A stretch of 64,000 nucleotides of DNA from Neocallimastix sp. 'constans'. Taxonomy: Eukaryota. The position numbers and the translations under genes are program-made. The notes under the pieces are model-generated. The model did no database searches and was not told where the DNA came from. It worked only from the letters and a program-made list of their open reading frames with translations. Every line of letters starts with the position of its first letter. Positions within the stretch are counted from its first letter, which is position 1. Positions 38,701 to 53,339 of the stretch are shown in pieces. The stretch covers positions 186,001 through 250,000 of the forward strand of contig JBODTK010000113.1 in the NCBI GenBank assembly GCA_050613775.1. Direction: 5' to 3'.

Positions 38701-40824
38701 CTTACCACTAATAATAAAACTTTTATTTAATATTTATATTTATAATTAATAGATATATACATTTTGTTTATATAATATATATTTTATTTTATTATTATAG
38801 TGATTATTAGAAAAAAAAAAAGTATAAAAGAAAGAAAAATTTTCAATTGTTTTGAACTTCAGACTTTTAAAAAAAATTAGAAAAGTTATTTAATTTAATT
38901 TAAAAAGAATTAAATATCTTTGATAATTAACAGTGAGAATAAATTAAAAAAAAAGAAGCCATTCAGGTAAAGAAGAAAGGAAAAAAATTCTTTATTAAGG
39001 AAATTTTATTTTAATTAAAAGTCTCATCATTGGAATCTTTAAAAACCATTGGAAATGAATTAAAAGAAGAAGAAGAAGAAGAAAAAAAGAAGAAATAATT
39101 ACTACCATGGAATTAGATTCTATTCTATTTTATTTTTATTTAAATTTTGTTTTTAAAATAAATCAGCTATTTATTTTTTATAAACAAAATTTAAATAAAA
39201 ATGAAATTATAGTCAAAGCAAAACCCCTGTCTTGTGTTAGACAGTTCCTGCAATCTTTTTTAGCTAATGATTTATTGAATTTGAAAGCCATGACTTAATT
39301 TAGACAGTTTTCAGCAATAAAAATTGTAAAGTTTTAAAAAACGCTGTCTAGTGTCAAATCAACAAATATCCATTGATGAGCCTAATGTAATTCGACTATT
39401 ATAAATTAAAAAGAAAATAAACCAAAAATTATCTTTGAAATTTAGACGAATACAGCAATCATTTCTTTTTTTAAAAAAATATTTTTACTATTTTTTTGTA
39501 TTAAAGTTTTGAATTCTTTTCAAAATGAAAGAAAAAAAAAATAAGTTTTAATTTTTAATTCTATTTATATAAAATAAAATAAGAATTAAAAAAATTTATT
39601 TATAAATAATAATATAAATATAAATTTTAATAAAAAATAATAATAAAATTATTATTTTAATAAGAAATAGATAATAAAAAAAAAAAAACAAGTTAATTAA
39701 ATCAATAAATTAGCATTCGTCTAGTATTCAAAAAACAAAAGAAAATAAGTTTTTTTATTCAATTCAATTTTATATGTTAAAATTTGAATTAAAAAATTTA
39801 TTTCTAAAGCGTATAAAATAAAATGTATTTGAATTAGGAATAATAGAAATTATAATATATTAAGAAATATATGTAAAATAATATTTCTTTTTATATATAA
39901 TTTTTAATATTATTATTTTAAATATAATATTATAACTAATAAAAAAATTAAAAAAATTAATAAATTAAAAAAAAATATTTAAAATAAAATAGTAATTAAT
40001 TAATAATAAAACAAAATTTTAAAAAAAAAAATTATAAAAAAAAAAAAAAATTATAAAAAACAATAATATAAAATAAAAATACGATTCAATTAAATAAAAC
40101 TATAATAAAAATAAAAAAATAAATATGTTTATTTTTGTTATTATTTAATTGTGTTTGTGTAATAATAAATGATAATTTGAATATTTTAAAGTTTTCTTTA
40201 TTATATTTTTTTGTTGTTTTGTGGGCATTTTAAAGTTCTATATATATATATATATATATTTTATATATATTTAAAAATTTTTTTTTCTTTCTTTATTTTT
40301 TAAAAAATCGAAATTACTACACCATTGTTAATTTAACTTTACTTAGATACAACCATAAATATTATTTATTTTATATTTTATTTATTCATTTATTTATATA
40401 TGAAATTATTATATTTAAATTCTATATTTATATTCAGTTATTTAATTTTTTAATTTTTCATTATAAGATTTTAAATAAATAAATAAATAAATAAATAAAA
40501 AATTATTGAAAAAACTTTAATATATTTCATATTATTATATAAAAAATAACAAAAATAATTAAAATAAGCCCATTTATTTTTAAAATTGATTATATTATTA
40601 TAATTTTGTTTAATTTACTTGATTCTACATTATTCATATTTGTGATAACAGTGTTTACATAACTATTTGATATTGGACAATATTATGAAATTATAAGAAA
40701 TTTTTCATAAAGAACTTCACTATCCTTAAAATATTTCATTTGAAATTCACGGAAAAGATAGCATTTAGAAAATCAATGTTCCAATCGAGGATAACTTTTT
40801 TTTTTTTTTTTTTTTTTTTTTTCT

Positions 40825-41200
40825 TTAACAACAAGGATATCACTTTGGACAGTTGTCTTCAACCCTAATGGCGGCTTTGGCAACACGAGCATTGAATTTA
40901 TATCCATATCTGGCACAAAGTACCCACCGGAAACCAATGCTAAATTCAGGATACTTGAAGTTGAGCTTTAGGTAGTTTCTAGTTTTCTTATACATCTTAG
41001 CCTTGATTGATTCTCCTGCCATATCTCTATCCCAGTAAAAGTTTACAACTGTTTTTTTTTTTTGACGGAAATTTATCTAATTTGTTGGTATAAATTTTAC
41101 TTTCTTTATCCCATGCATGATGTCTACAATAAGATATATCTCTAAGCAAATCAAGAATAGAAACTATGGTTAAGTTTTTTTCATGGTTTTTGGAAAATTA
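40825..41200 (-). mobile_element. Degenerate LINE ORF2 C-terminal fragment
   Basis: Translates with stops and frameshifts to ...DLLRDISYCRHHAWDKE...NFYWDRD...YLKLNFKYPEFSIGFRWVLCARYG...VEDNCPK*YPCC. This is homologous by eye to the 52-53 kb remnant (LSLRYPQFNLGFSWI...EDCP...CC). Confidence 0.6.
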
Positions 41201-41728
41201 CAGTTGTAATGATGATAATATTTAATGCTTTAAGTTATTTATTTAAAGTAAATAAAGTACTATGATGTCATTTTAAATCATTTTTATCAAAAATATTAAA
41301 TAAAATAATAACAATATTAAAAATTAAGAAATTTGTAATACACATTAAAATAATAAAAAAATTTTTTTTTTCACTTTATATATATTTTATATTTTATAAT
41401 TTATATTTTAAATTTATATTATATTTTATTTTTGAATGCAAGTTTAGATTATTAATTAATATATTAAAATGATTTTTAAATTTTTTTTTAAAAATAATTT
41501 TAATATAAAAAGGAAGGTATAGATGAAAACGTAAAAAATGTTAAAAAATAATTGTTGGTTTAAAATGTAGAAATAAAAAAAAAAAGTTAAAATGAAATAT
41601 ATTTCGATTATTAATATAAACTTCACAATATGAATTTATATTAATCTATTTATAAGTAAAAAAAAAAATAAATAACCCTAACATTAACATTTAGATAGTT
41701 ATATTTATATAAACAGTATTTATATTGC

Positions 41729-42265
41729 TTAATAATTTTGAGCACGAATTCTGAAGTATTTTTGTGGATGGTCACAAACTGGACAACGTTCTGGAGCGCT
41801 TTCACCAATGTGAATGTGACCACAGTTTGTACATTCCCAAATAACTTTTTCACCCTTAATATAAACGGCATTAGTGTTTAAGTTTTTAAGAAGTTTACGG
41901 TAACGTTCTTCATGAGACTTTTCAATATCAGCAACCATTTCGAAAAGTCTGGCAATATGATCAAGACCTTCAGACTTGGCAGTTTCAGCAAATTCTTTGT
42001 ACATACTAGTCCATTCTTCATATTCACCATTAGCAGCTTCTTCTAAGTTAGTTTTAGTATCTGGAACACCATCATTTAATAATTTGAACCATAATTTAGC
42101 ATGTTCCTTTTCGTTGTTTGCTGTTTCTTCAAAAATATCAGCAATTTGGTTGTAGCCTTCCTTTCTGGCCTTTGAAGCATAGAAAGTGTACTTATTTCTA
42201 GCCTTAGATTCTCCTTCAAAAGCCTTTAATAAATTTTGTTCAGTTTTAGTTCCTTTAATAGACAT
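41729..42265 (-). CDS. rbr: Rubrerythrin (ferritin-like diiron domain plus C-terminal rubredoxin-like Fe-Cys4 site), 178 aa, intronless
   Basis: KGTKTEQNLLKAFEGESKARNKYTFYASKARKEG N-terminus, two ExxH motifs (NEKEHAK, IEKSHEERY), and WECTNCGHIH...APERCPVCDHP. Confidence 0.96.
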   Translation of the reverse strand: MSIKGTKTEQNLLKAFEGESKARNKYTFYASKARKEGYNQIADIFEETANNEKEHAKLWFKLLNDGVPDTKTNLEEAANGEYEEWTSMYKEFAETAKSEGLDHIARLFEMVADIEKSHEERYRKLLKNLNTNAVYIKGEKVIWECTNCGHIHIGESAPERCPVCDHPQKYFRIRAQNY

Positions 42266-43489
42266 TTCGCTAATTATTTATAAAAATAAAAAAATAAAAA
42301 ATTATTAATATCTTAATTTATAACATCTTTGTTATGTATTTTGAGATAATTTTCTTTTATCTTTTGTTATTTATATTACAATTATTATTATTATTATTTT
42401 TTTTATTTTAATTTCTATTTATTTCATTTATCAAAACTTTTAATATTTTTTCTAATTTATATATAATTACTTATTTAGCTTTCTTTTTTTTGAATCTTGT
42501 TCAGTACTCATATTAACTATATATATATTATTTATAATAAATTAGCAACCATTTATTTAATATGCACACACAATATTAATTAGCTCTTATTAATATATAT
42601 GAAACATTTAATATTATCATTAAAACTAATATTTTTTTTTTTTGTATATTTTCCTAAAAAAATTTTCTTTCACTATTTCTTAATAAAATTACTTACTTTA
42701 TAATAATATTAAGATTTTCCGTAGTGCGGAGAAAGTTACTATTTTAAAATTTGAGGAGAAATGTTGTTCTTTTTATACTTTTTTTTTTTTTTTTTCTTAT
42801 TCTTATCCTTATCATTTATTATTTTATTATTAGAAGTATCATGATTTTATGGTATTATAGTATTAATATATTTACTATCTTAACTTTTTATTGATTTTTT
42901 TTTTTTCTTTACTTTTGTAAATAAAATTTTCATATTTATTATATTAACTATCAATACCCATATAATATAATGATTTTAATTATGTATATATTCAAATATA
43001 AAGACATTGAATGCCGAATGTATTAAATAGTAAAAAGCACATTTATATACACTTAAAATGTGATTATATAATCAAAGTATAATTAATATGTATTAATTTA
43101 TAAAGTAATTAATAATTAACCTTATTAAATACATCTATTCTACATGTATATAATTTTTTTTTTTTTTAGATTAATTAAAATTGGTTATTAAAAAATTTTA
43201 ATTAATAGCATTAATTTGATTGACAAATATTGTGTGGAGTAATTTAATATATTGTATAGTATATTTGAATATATGTTGTATATAATTTTATAATAAAATA
43301 ACTGAATAATAAAATGTTACACCATAAATAAATAAAACCAAACTATAAAAAATCAAAGTAAAAGAAAATATTTATATTCTAATATATATACTATAATTAT
43401 ATATTAGAGTTTCATTTATAATTATATATTATAGTTCATTTATTTTATTAATAAGGCAATATATATAATAATTCAAACAAATATATAAA

Positions 43490-44125
43490 AATAAATAATA
43501 AATAATAAATAATGAATAATAAATAATAAATAATAAATAATAAATAATAAATAATAAATAATAAATAATAATAAAAAGAATATTTATTAATAAATAATTA
43601 AATAATAAATAATAAATAATAAATAATAATAAAAAGAATATTTATTAATAAATAATTAAATAATAAATAATAAATAATAAATAATAAATAATAAATAATA
43701 AATAATAAATAATAAATAATAAATAATAAATAATAAATAATAAATAATAAATAATAAATAATAAATAATAAATAATAAATAATAAATAATAAATAATAAA
43801 TAATAAATAATAAATAATAAATAATAAATAATAAATAATAAATAATAAATAATAAATAATAAATAATAAATAATAAATAATAAATAATAAATAATAATAA
43901 ATAATAAATAATAAATAATAAATAATAAATAATAAATAATAAATAATAAATAATTGAATAATAAATAATAAATAATAAATAATAAATAATAAATAATAAA
44001 TAATAAATAATAAATAATAAATAATAAATAATAAATAATAAATAATAAATAATAAATAATAAATAATAAATAATAAATAATAAATAATAAATAATAAATA
44101 ATAAATAATAAATAATAAATAATAA
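43490..44125. repeat. Heptanucleotide microsatellite (TAAATAA)n
   Basis: About 630 bp of near-perfect 7-mer repeats. It explains the spurious LLFIIYY ORFs. Confidence 0.97.
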
Positions 44126-46032
44126 CATAATATATTGTTGTGTAGAATATTTATATATATAAAGTGAAATAATTCAAATATGAACATTAATTAAATTAAG
44201 TAAACATTTATGTTTTTTAAGCTAATAAGTTGGCTGTATGTCTGTCAAAAGTCAAAATAATATATTTTATATTTTAATATATTATTATTATTATATTAAT
44301 ATATTTTTATATTTATACTTTATTATTTTATTTTTACAATTTACATATCATAATATATAGTAAAAATGACTTTAAATATATAGGAACTTATATAATTATC
44401 ATATTTCTAATTAATTTAATGATTATTATTATTATTATTATTGTTATTATTATTATTATTATTATTTTTTTTTTTTTTAGTTTTACCATTGTAAGAACAA
44501 TAATAATATTTATTATATACATATATATAATAGTATAAAAAATTTATTATTTTTGAATTAAGATAGGAATTTTCACCGCTTTCTTTTTCTTTTTTTTCTT
44601 TTTTTTTTTTTTTTTATTTTATGTTAATGCCATTTGTTATAATCAATATCAATTAAAAATTATTAAATGAAATTGAAATATTGTTCAATCATTTTATTTA
44701 AAAATGAATAAATTGATTATTATATTGAATTATAAATAATATAATAGAAAGAGCATAATTACAATTATAGTTAAAAAAAGAAAAAAGTATTTAAATATTA
44801 TGAAAAATGAAAATATTAGAAAATATTAATGAAACTTCTACTATTATTAATAAAAATAAATAATCGTATTTTAGTTAATATATATATTTATTATCATCAT
44901 TAACATTACTATTATTAGCATTTATAATAAATTTATTTATTTTAATGTTTTTATTTTTATTTTTATTTATATTTTTATCATATTTAAAGAAAAAAAAAAA
45001 AAAAAAGTAAAGATTTACATTAGGAAAAAGATCCTTTCCTATTTACAAAAAAAAAAAAAAAAATTCTGGGATTATCATACATAAAAAGAAAAAAAATAAT
45101 TTATTCAAATATATTTAAATATTATTTAATTTAATTTAATTTAATTGATATTTTGTATATTTTGTATATTTTGTATATAATAATTATAATAGTATATGAA
45201 TGCTTATATATAAGCATTAAATTATGTATTCATAATTAAAATAATGTATTTATTCGTATATTTAAATTTATTTATTAATTCTACATAGATATAATATAAA
45301 ATAAAAATACCAAAAAAAAAAAAAAAAGGAAGGCTTTTTTTTTTAATTAGATTAAATTACAAATTTAAGATATTTTATTTGTTTGTGACAATGCCATTTT
45401 TTTTTAATTTAATTTTATATTTATATTTATATTTATAAATAAATAATATTTATATTTATATTTATTAATAAATAATATTAATATTTATATTTATATTTAT
45501 TAATAAATAATATTAATATTTATATTTATATTTATATTTATATTTATAAATAAATAATATTAATATATATAAATATTAATATATATAAATATTAATATAT
45601 GGACATGTTTTGTAAAGAAAAAAATTTTTTTATTTTTATTTTCTATTTTATTTTAATTAAAAATAATTAAAAGATTATTTTAATAATTAAGAAAATGCTC
45701 ATCTAAAAAGTTATGCTATCACTCTATATAATATTATGTTATATAATATTAGAGATTAATTAAACGACAACTATTCAAATGTTGTATATTATATATATTA
45801 TAATTTATTCCCTCTCTTTTTTTTTTTTTTTTTTTTTTTTTATTACTTATTATATTATTATTTTTTTTTATACTTTTTTTATTATTATAAAGATTTTCAT
45901 AATTATGTAATAAATTTAAATGTTATGTAGAACTACAGTGAAATTACTTTAAATTATATTAATTTGTATATTAAATAATATGGATAGAATGTATATTTTT
46001 TTAAAATTCAAACTCAACACTATGAAATGATT

Positions 46033-46067
<35 letters not shown>

Positions 46068-46772
46068 AAATAATTCAAAACAAAACGAAAAATTTAAGAA
46101 AATATAAAAAAAAAAAAAAAAAAAAAAAATATAGAAAAAGAAGAAGAAAATAGGAATGATTTATAGATACGTAGGGAAACTATATACATTGTATGATAGA
46201 AAAGTATTATTAGTATTTTTTTTTTTTTTTTTTTTTTTTTTATTAAAAATAAGCTTTTAACATAAAAAGTATTATTAGAGATATAAGAGAATAAAAGAAT
46301 AAAAATCATATCAATACATATTAAACTAACTTTATTTTAAATAAATAGCTATGAATCATATAATAATTATATTACTTGTTTATAAATAGTTATATGCTTA
46401 TAGATATTGCTACATATAAAAAGAAATAACTCAACAAATTGAATCATCAACCAATTAATAATAATTATAATAATAGATTTGTAAATATATCAATCAACAA
46501 AATATAAAATATAAAATATAAAAATTAATGTATATAAAAAAATATATATATATATTTATATTTTTAGACTATTCATATATTTTTATATTTTTTATATTAA
46601 ATATCAAATTAAAAATAGTTATTGTTAATTTTATTGATCTGAAACTTCTAATAGATTAACAAATTAATTTCATTTTATTTTGATTCAAATTACCATTTTT
46701 AGTATTAATTACATTGGATATAAAAGTATATTACTTTTTATGTAAATAAATAAATAAATAAATAATAAATAA

Positions 46773-46807
<35 letters not shown>

Positions 46808-48028
46808 ATATATATTTTTTATTCTATGAATTTTAATTTTGCTATATTTAATTAAATAATATTTTCTTTTATGAAAACTGAGAGTTTTTCATATGTAATT
46901 AATTAAAAATAGTATTATTTTTTTATAGCTCAAAATATATATATTTATTTTTTTAACTTTGTTGATAATTTACCGATTAACTAATCATACTTTAATAAAC
47001 TGTATAAAAATTTTAGATATTATTTTTGTTAATACTATTATTTTTATTTTTTTTGTAATATGTATATATTTATATATTTTATATTTATATATAATAATAA
47101 TATTAATATTTTTAAATATCAATATATTATTATAATCAAATTTTTTTGTAATATGGTGAATTAAAATATTAAAATTTATTAATTTTTGATTTATAAATTT
47201 CTTTATTAATTCAATTCTTTTAATTATATTAAGAAGAAAATGTATGATATATATTTTAAGAATTAAAAGAATGAAAAAAAAAATGTATAAATTTTGAAAA
47301 AAAAAAAAAAAACTATAATTATTATTGGATTATTTATTGGATTATTATTGTTCAAGTTAAACAAATTATTAATTAAAATTTGGTGGAAATTCTTTTCAAT
47401 ATTAATTATTAATATAGTGAATTCTATATATATATATTTTACAGAGTTTTTTAAAAAAAATAATTAATTACTTATATAAAACTATACAGATACTAATTGT
47501 AACATATTACTAATTTGATCATCTTTTAAAAATGTATTCCATGAAATGATATATAATTTCATTTAGAAAAAGGAATAATCATATCCATAATCATTATCCT
47601 TTTAAAAAAAAAAACATTCTAAAAATTATAAAAGATGTCATTTAAATCAAAAAAAAAAAAAAATCTAAATCATAATAATCATAATCATAATCATAATAAT
47701 AATAATATTAAAATAACAATACTTTTAAAGTAATGATAATAATAATAATAATATAATAATAATAATAATTAATTATTATCATGATAATTATAATGAATAA
47801 TCATAATAATCATAGTTTTTGTATATATTTTTTGAAATTTAAAAAGAATAACTAAATTAAGATATTATTCAATTATTTAAGATAAAATAATAATTTTTTG
47901 TCAATTATTTTTCGGAAATTAAAAAATATAAAGTATTTATAATCTATATAAATTAAAATATTTATATTTTTTAATATAAAATAAAATTAATATCATTATT
48001 AAATAATCTTTATTACACTGTTATTTTA

Positions 48029-48073
<45 letters not shown>

Positions 48074-49215
48074 AAAAACCAATAATAATTAATTTAGTAA
48101 AATGTATAATATTCATTATATTTAATAAAAGTTATATATATAATATAATATAATAATAATGTTTTTGTATAAGTTAAAGAATATACGAAATACGAAAAAT
48201 TTGTAATCTTTCTTTAACTAAAATAAGAATTTTTTGTTTTTTTTTTTGGAATTAAAAAATATTAAAAAATTATAATCTATAAATGAAAATAATTAAATTA
48301 TTAATAAATCTAATATAAAATAATATCTTTATTATATAATTTTAATGATTATTATTATTTTTCTTCTGAAACTCTAATTATATAAAATGAGTACTATATA
48401 TAATAAATTAATATAGCTTTGAATATTCAGAGTATAAAATAGAAATAATATTGGCTTTATATTTTATTTACGTAGAAAAGAATTTCAATCTTTCATAATT
48501 TTTTATTTATTTATTAATTTATTTATTTAAACACTTATAATATTTATTTTTTATAATAAAATTAATAATTATAATTCTCTTTTCTTTAATTATTCTCAAA
48601 AAAAAAAAAAAAAAAAAAAAAAATATCAATATTTTATTAATATAATCTTATATTATATTATCATTATATGTATCATACATTAATATATGCTATATTTATT
48701 ATACATTATATTTTTTATTATTTTTTATTACATTAATTAAACATATTGAAGAAAATAATTAATATTTATGATATATGAATGTAAATATTAGGAATTATTA
48801 GAAATAAAATATATATTATAAGTGTCAAGTTATGTATTCGTTTTTCGTACCAAATATAATGATAAAGAAATTTATATATTAATAACATGAGTATTATTTA
48901 TTTTATTTTATTATTATGCTTATTGTTTACTTTTAACTACTTTATTTAAATTATTATTTCTATTTCAATAAATTTTTATATTCAATATATATATTAAATA
49001 ATTAAATATAAAAACATAAAATTTTTTTCTTTTTTCTTTTTTTCTTTTTACTAATAATTTGGTAAGCATTAATCCTAATAAGACTATCTCAAAGTAGCTT
49101 TATTGGTTTGATAGATATTTAATATTAATAACCTTAACTAATAAATATTTATTTCCATTATATAAAAAATTATAAACATTTATATAAAAATAATAATAAT
49201 GAAAAGATGATTTTT

Positions 49216-49256
<41 letters not shown>

Positions 49257-49374
49257 ATGTAAAAGGATATATATTTATTAATAGTAATAACTGTAAATAA
49301 TAATAGATAATAATAATATATTATTATTTATTATAATAAATAACAATAACAACAACAATAATTAAGATAAATAA

Positions 49375-49421
<47 letters not shown>

Positions 49422-50789
49422 TCTAAAACAAGCCAAATTTAATAATAATTAATAAAATGAAATAGGATTTAATTTTATATTCCATCATCATTATTATTTT
49501 TTTTATTATTTTTATCATTTATCATTTATTATTTTTTCTGTATTATTATTTCTATTATTTCCATATATTATTTATTTATTTATTTATTTTATTTTATTTT
49601 ATTTTATTTTTTATTTTTTTTTATTTTTTTTTTTGGATAGAGAAGTTTTCCACTGACTCTGATCTATAGAATAATTGAAAAAAAAAAATAGATTTAAAGT
49701 TTTTGATCTAAATTATTATATTATTATTTTTTTTTTTAATTTTTAAATAATTTGATCTGTAAACTACTAAAAATGGATAATAATAACAATTAAAATAATT
49801 TTTTTAATTAAAAAATTTTTTTTATGAAATTATTGATATATAATTCATAGTTTTTTTTTTTTTTTATCTTTTTGATAGCCAGGGAAATAAATATAAATTA
49901 TTATTTATATATTTATATATATATGTAACTTTTTAAATAATTTAATAATTAAATATATGTTTTTACTATACTTAATATTATTAAATAGTTATTGTATAAT
50001 GGTCACTTTTTTTTTAAAAAAGTTTATAAGAAAGATTACTTTTGCTTTTAATTTTTTAATAATAAATTAAATAATAATTTAATATGAATTATATATATAT
50101 ATATATATATATTTTACCATTATCAAATTTATATATATAACTATCCTTTATTTTATTTATATTCTAAATTTAAATAATAATTTATTATTTAATATTCTAT
50201 TTTTATAATTTTTACACTTATTAAAATATTCACTTAATATATAAAATTACTATGTTTTAATAGCATTAACTTAAAATAATAATCATAGTAATAATAATAA
50301 TAATGATAATAATTAAAAAATAAAATAAAAAATTAATAAAATCTATCTATGCTTATTTGTTACTTCTATAAATATTACTAATATAGTAAATGTTACTTAT
50401 AAAACTAATACTATATCTTTATAAATTTATTATATTTTATTAAATAACTCTATTCTATCTTAATTTTTCTATCCAAATTTTGAATTAAAATAAAATAAAT
50501 AAATAATAATAATGATCATAGTTAATTAACTAGAATTAATTATTATTATTATTATTATTTTAATTTATTTTTTTTTTTTTTTTTTTTTTTTTTTTGACTT
50601 GAATAAATTTTATTTAATAATATTTATTATAAATATGTATGAAAATACAAATTAATGAAATTTTTTATAAACATTAATATTAAAAAACTATATTATGAGT
50701 TTCAAGGTCAAAATGATCTCTAACTCTTCTCATACATTGATAATAACCTCATGTGGATAAAAGTTATCATTCGAATTTGAATCAGAATT

Positions 50790-50827
<38 letters not shown>

Positions 50828-51301
50828 CCTTTATTATTTCGAAGTCGTCGCTCTTGTCAACGGTTAAAGGTCTTTGAAATAATAAAGGAAAAAAAAGTTC
50901 TAATGATATACAAAGTGATCAGAGTGTATAAATTCAATAATCACCAATAGGCATAAACAGTATTAAAGAATCCTGTAAAGCCCAACGAAAAAATATATAT
51001 ATATATATATGAAAACGGGAAAAGAAGACTACCTTGAAGGGGATTGAAAAATATTATTGTTAATAAAAAAAAAACCTTTTTTTTTTTTTTTTTTTTTTCC
51101 CCTTGAATCCTGAATTACTCTTTACGATTTCTATATAACTGCATTTTCATTAAGAAGGAGACGCAGTACGTAAAAAAAAAAAAAAAAAAAATTAATATTA
51201 TCATTAAAAATCTTTCTCTTCTGACTATCAGCAATATTGAAAAAAATTTTCTTATGAACAAAAAAAATTTTTTTTTAAACCATTGAATCATCGCCTTAAC
51301 C

Positions 51302-51332
<31 letters not shown>

Positions 51333-51853
51333 AAACTAAGCCAATTAGGAAATTTAAATAGTTACATAGATTTATTATAAATAAGTGGTATTGGAAGTTC
51401 CTTATTTTTTAAACTCAAAATTCCAAAACTATCCTCAATTAAAAAAAAAAAAAAACAATTTAAGCTTTTTTTTTTTTTTTTTTTCCAGTATTCAAATTGT
51501 TAAATGAATAGATTTAATTGTAGAATTTTTGTAATAAAACAATTTTTTTTTTTTATTGTTTCTCTATTGGATTGATATCCTCCAAAAAAATTACTTTATC
51601 ATAATAATTATTGGTAAAGAAAATGAGAATATCAATAAAAAAAAAAAAAAAAAAAAGGTGTAAAAGATATTAAAATATCAAAAGTATTATTTAGGGTATA
51701 AATGGTATTATACCTGAATGATTCATACATGAAGAGATAGTGAATACATGAAAGGGATGAAAATATATATTTATATATATAAAATATGAATGAATGAAAA
51801 AATAAAATTATTTCTAAAAAAAAAAAACAATTTTTTTTTTTTAAAAATTTATT

Positions 51854-51891
<38 letters not shown>

Positions 51892-52119
51892 CAGGGAAGA
51901 GAATACCCTTCCATAAATTTATTAATCTTATTATAAAAAAATACATGGTGGTGAAAAGTACATTTGAAATTTAAAAATAAAAAATAAAAGTTAAAAAAGT
52001 AAAAAAAAAAAAAATAATGAAAAAGCTCATAAATACTATGTATTTAGGCAAGTTGTAATATACGGGAATTTTCCCTTCCTAGCAAATAAAAAAAAGTAAT
52101 AAAACCTAGAAGTTAACAT

Positions 52120-53339
52120 CTTTAAAATAGATAGCGTGATGTCCACCTAAACTCTCCCCCTCGGATTCATCATTTATTGAATTACTAAGGCGAGATTCAC
52201 TCTTCGTAGAAAGAGATAATGATCATGATCCTTATATTATCATTATACCTTAATCAGTACGACGTTCGTTTCGACGCTCTTGGTTAAGTTTAGTAATTTG
52301 GAATACCTATCAAATAATAGCTCAAACGAACTACATAGGATAGGTAATTGCACTAGTTAAGAATTCCTGCCAATACCCATAATTTTTGGAACAGGTGACT
52401 CAGATGAACCTTTGAAAAGTAGTTCCTTTTAATTGTCTCTCTCTTCTTCCACTATCGAAATGTAGCTCATTTAAAGCTAAAGTTCCATCAAGAAGGAACA
52501 AGTATATATAAATGATTGATTATAATCATCAAAATTAAAAAATAGAAGTCATAGGAAGAAAGATAATTTAACACTCTAATCCTTCCTTGCGAACAAAACA
52601 TAGGAGATCATCAAATGAAATTTTTTAAAGAATTTCCATCTAAAAAAAGAGGCAAGAGCATTTGCATCTAAAAAATCCAATGTTCAAAGGATTGATTATT
52701 TTCGCCACAACAGGATGTAAATCTTGGGGACAATCTTCTGAAATCCAATCCGTTCTAATAGCAATTAGTAGTATTGTATTTATTAATCACAGCGTAAAAC
52801 GTATAAATCCACGAAAACCCTAGGTTGAATTGAGGATATCTTAAGCTAAGCATAATGATAGCTTTATTATTTGAAAACTTGTTACTATCGTTGTTTTTGA
52901 CCTTTAAATACCTAGAAAATTTGGAAACTGATTTCCAGTTAACATTCTAAAATATTATCATATTTTTATACATTTATATTTTTTTTTTTTTTGATTTTTT
53001 TTTTTTTTTTTTTTTTTGTACAAAATTCTTAGATTCTCTTTAGTCCAAGGGATAATAAGGCATTTTTTGGGGGTGTAGATTTAATACGATCCTTTATAAT
53101 ACAGTTAGATTTGCTCCATTTTTGCAAAAACGATTTTAATTTGTAAGGCTGAGCAGATATCAGCAATAGGAGGAATACTTAGATCTCGAGATATAAAGCA
53201 TAAGTATTCATAGTAGAATTATATCTGATATCGTCGTTGATTTCTGAATTTATTTTACCATTTTTAAAGAAGGAACCGATACACCAAAATAGACCGATCG
53301 ATATTAATTAATGTTTGAATTCTAGCCGTTCTAGATTTG

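Larger units (their letters stand above)
1..40200 (+). repeat. Tandem macro-repeat array, ~2.1-2.5 kb unit, 14 complete cores plus 1 partial (continues beyond the left edge)
   Basis: The same core (GAACTTCAGAC...AGTCTCATCATTGGA...ACCATGGAATTAGATTC...CCCCTGTCTTGTGTTAGACAG...GCTGTCTAGTG...TCCATTGATGAGCC...TAGACGAAT...ATTCGTCTAGTATTC) recurs with its ATG at 2034, 4252, 7223, 15491, 17662, 19896, 22280, 24719, 27104, 30013, 32117, 34381, 36635 and 39107. Spacing is 2104-2472 bp wherever no insertion intervenes. The window starts mid-core. The right boundary is approximate. Confidence 0.97.

Noticed and set aside
43598..44187. 176 and 180 aa LLFIIYY-repeat ORFs
   Set aside because: Translations of the 7-mer microsatellite.
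50690..51340. Slightly GC-richer patches and short ORFs at 50753 and 51115
   Set aside because: Interrupted by homopolymers; I could not assign any motif or exon structure.
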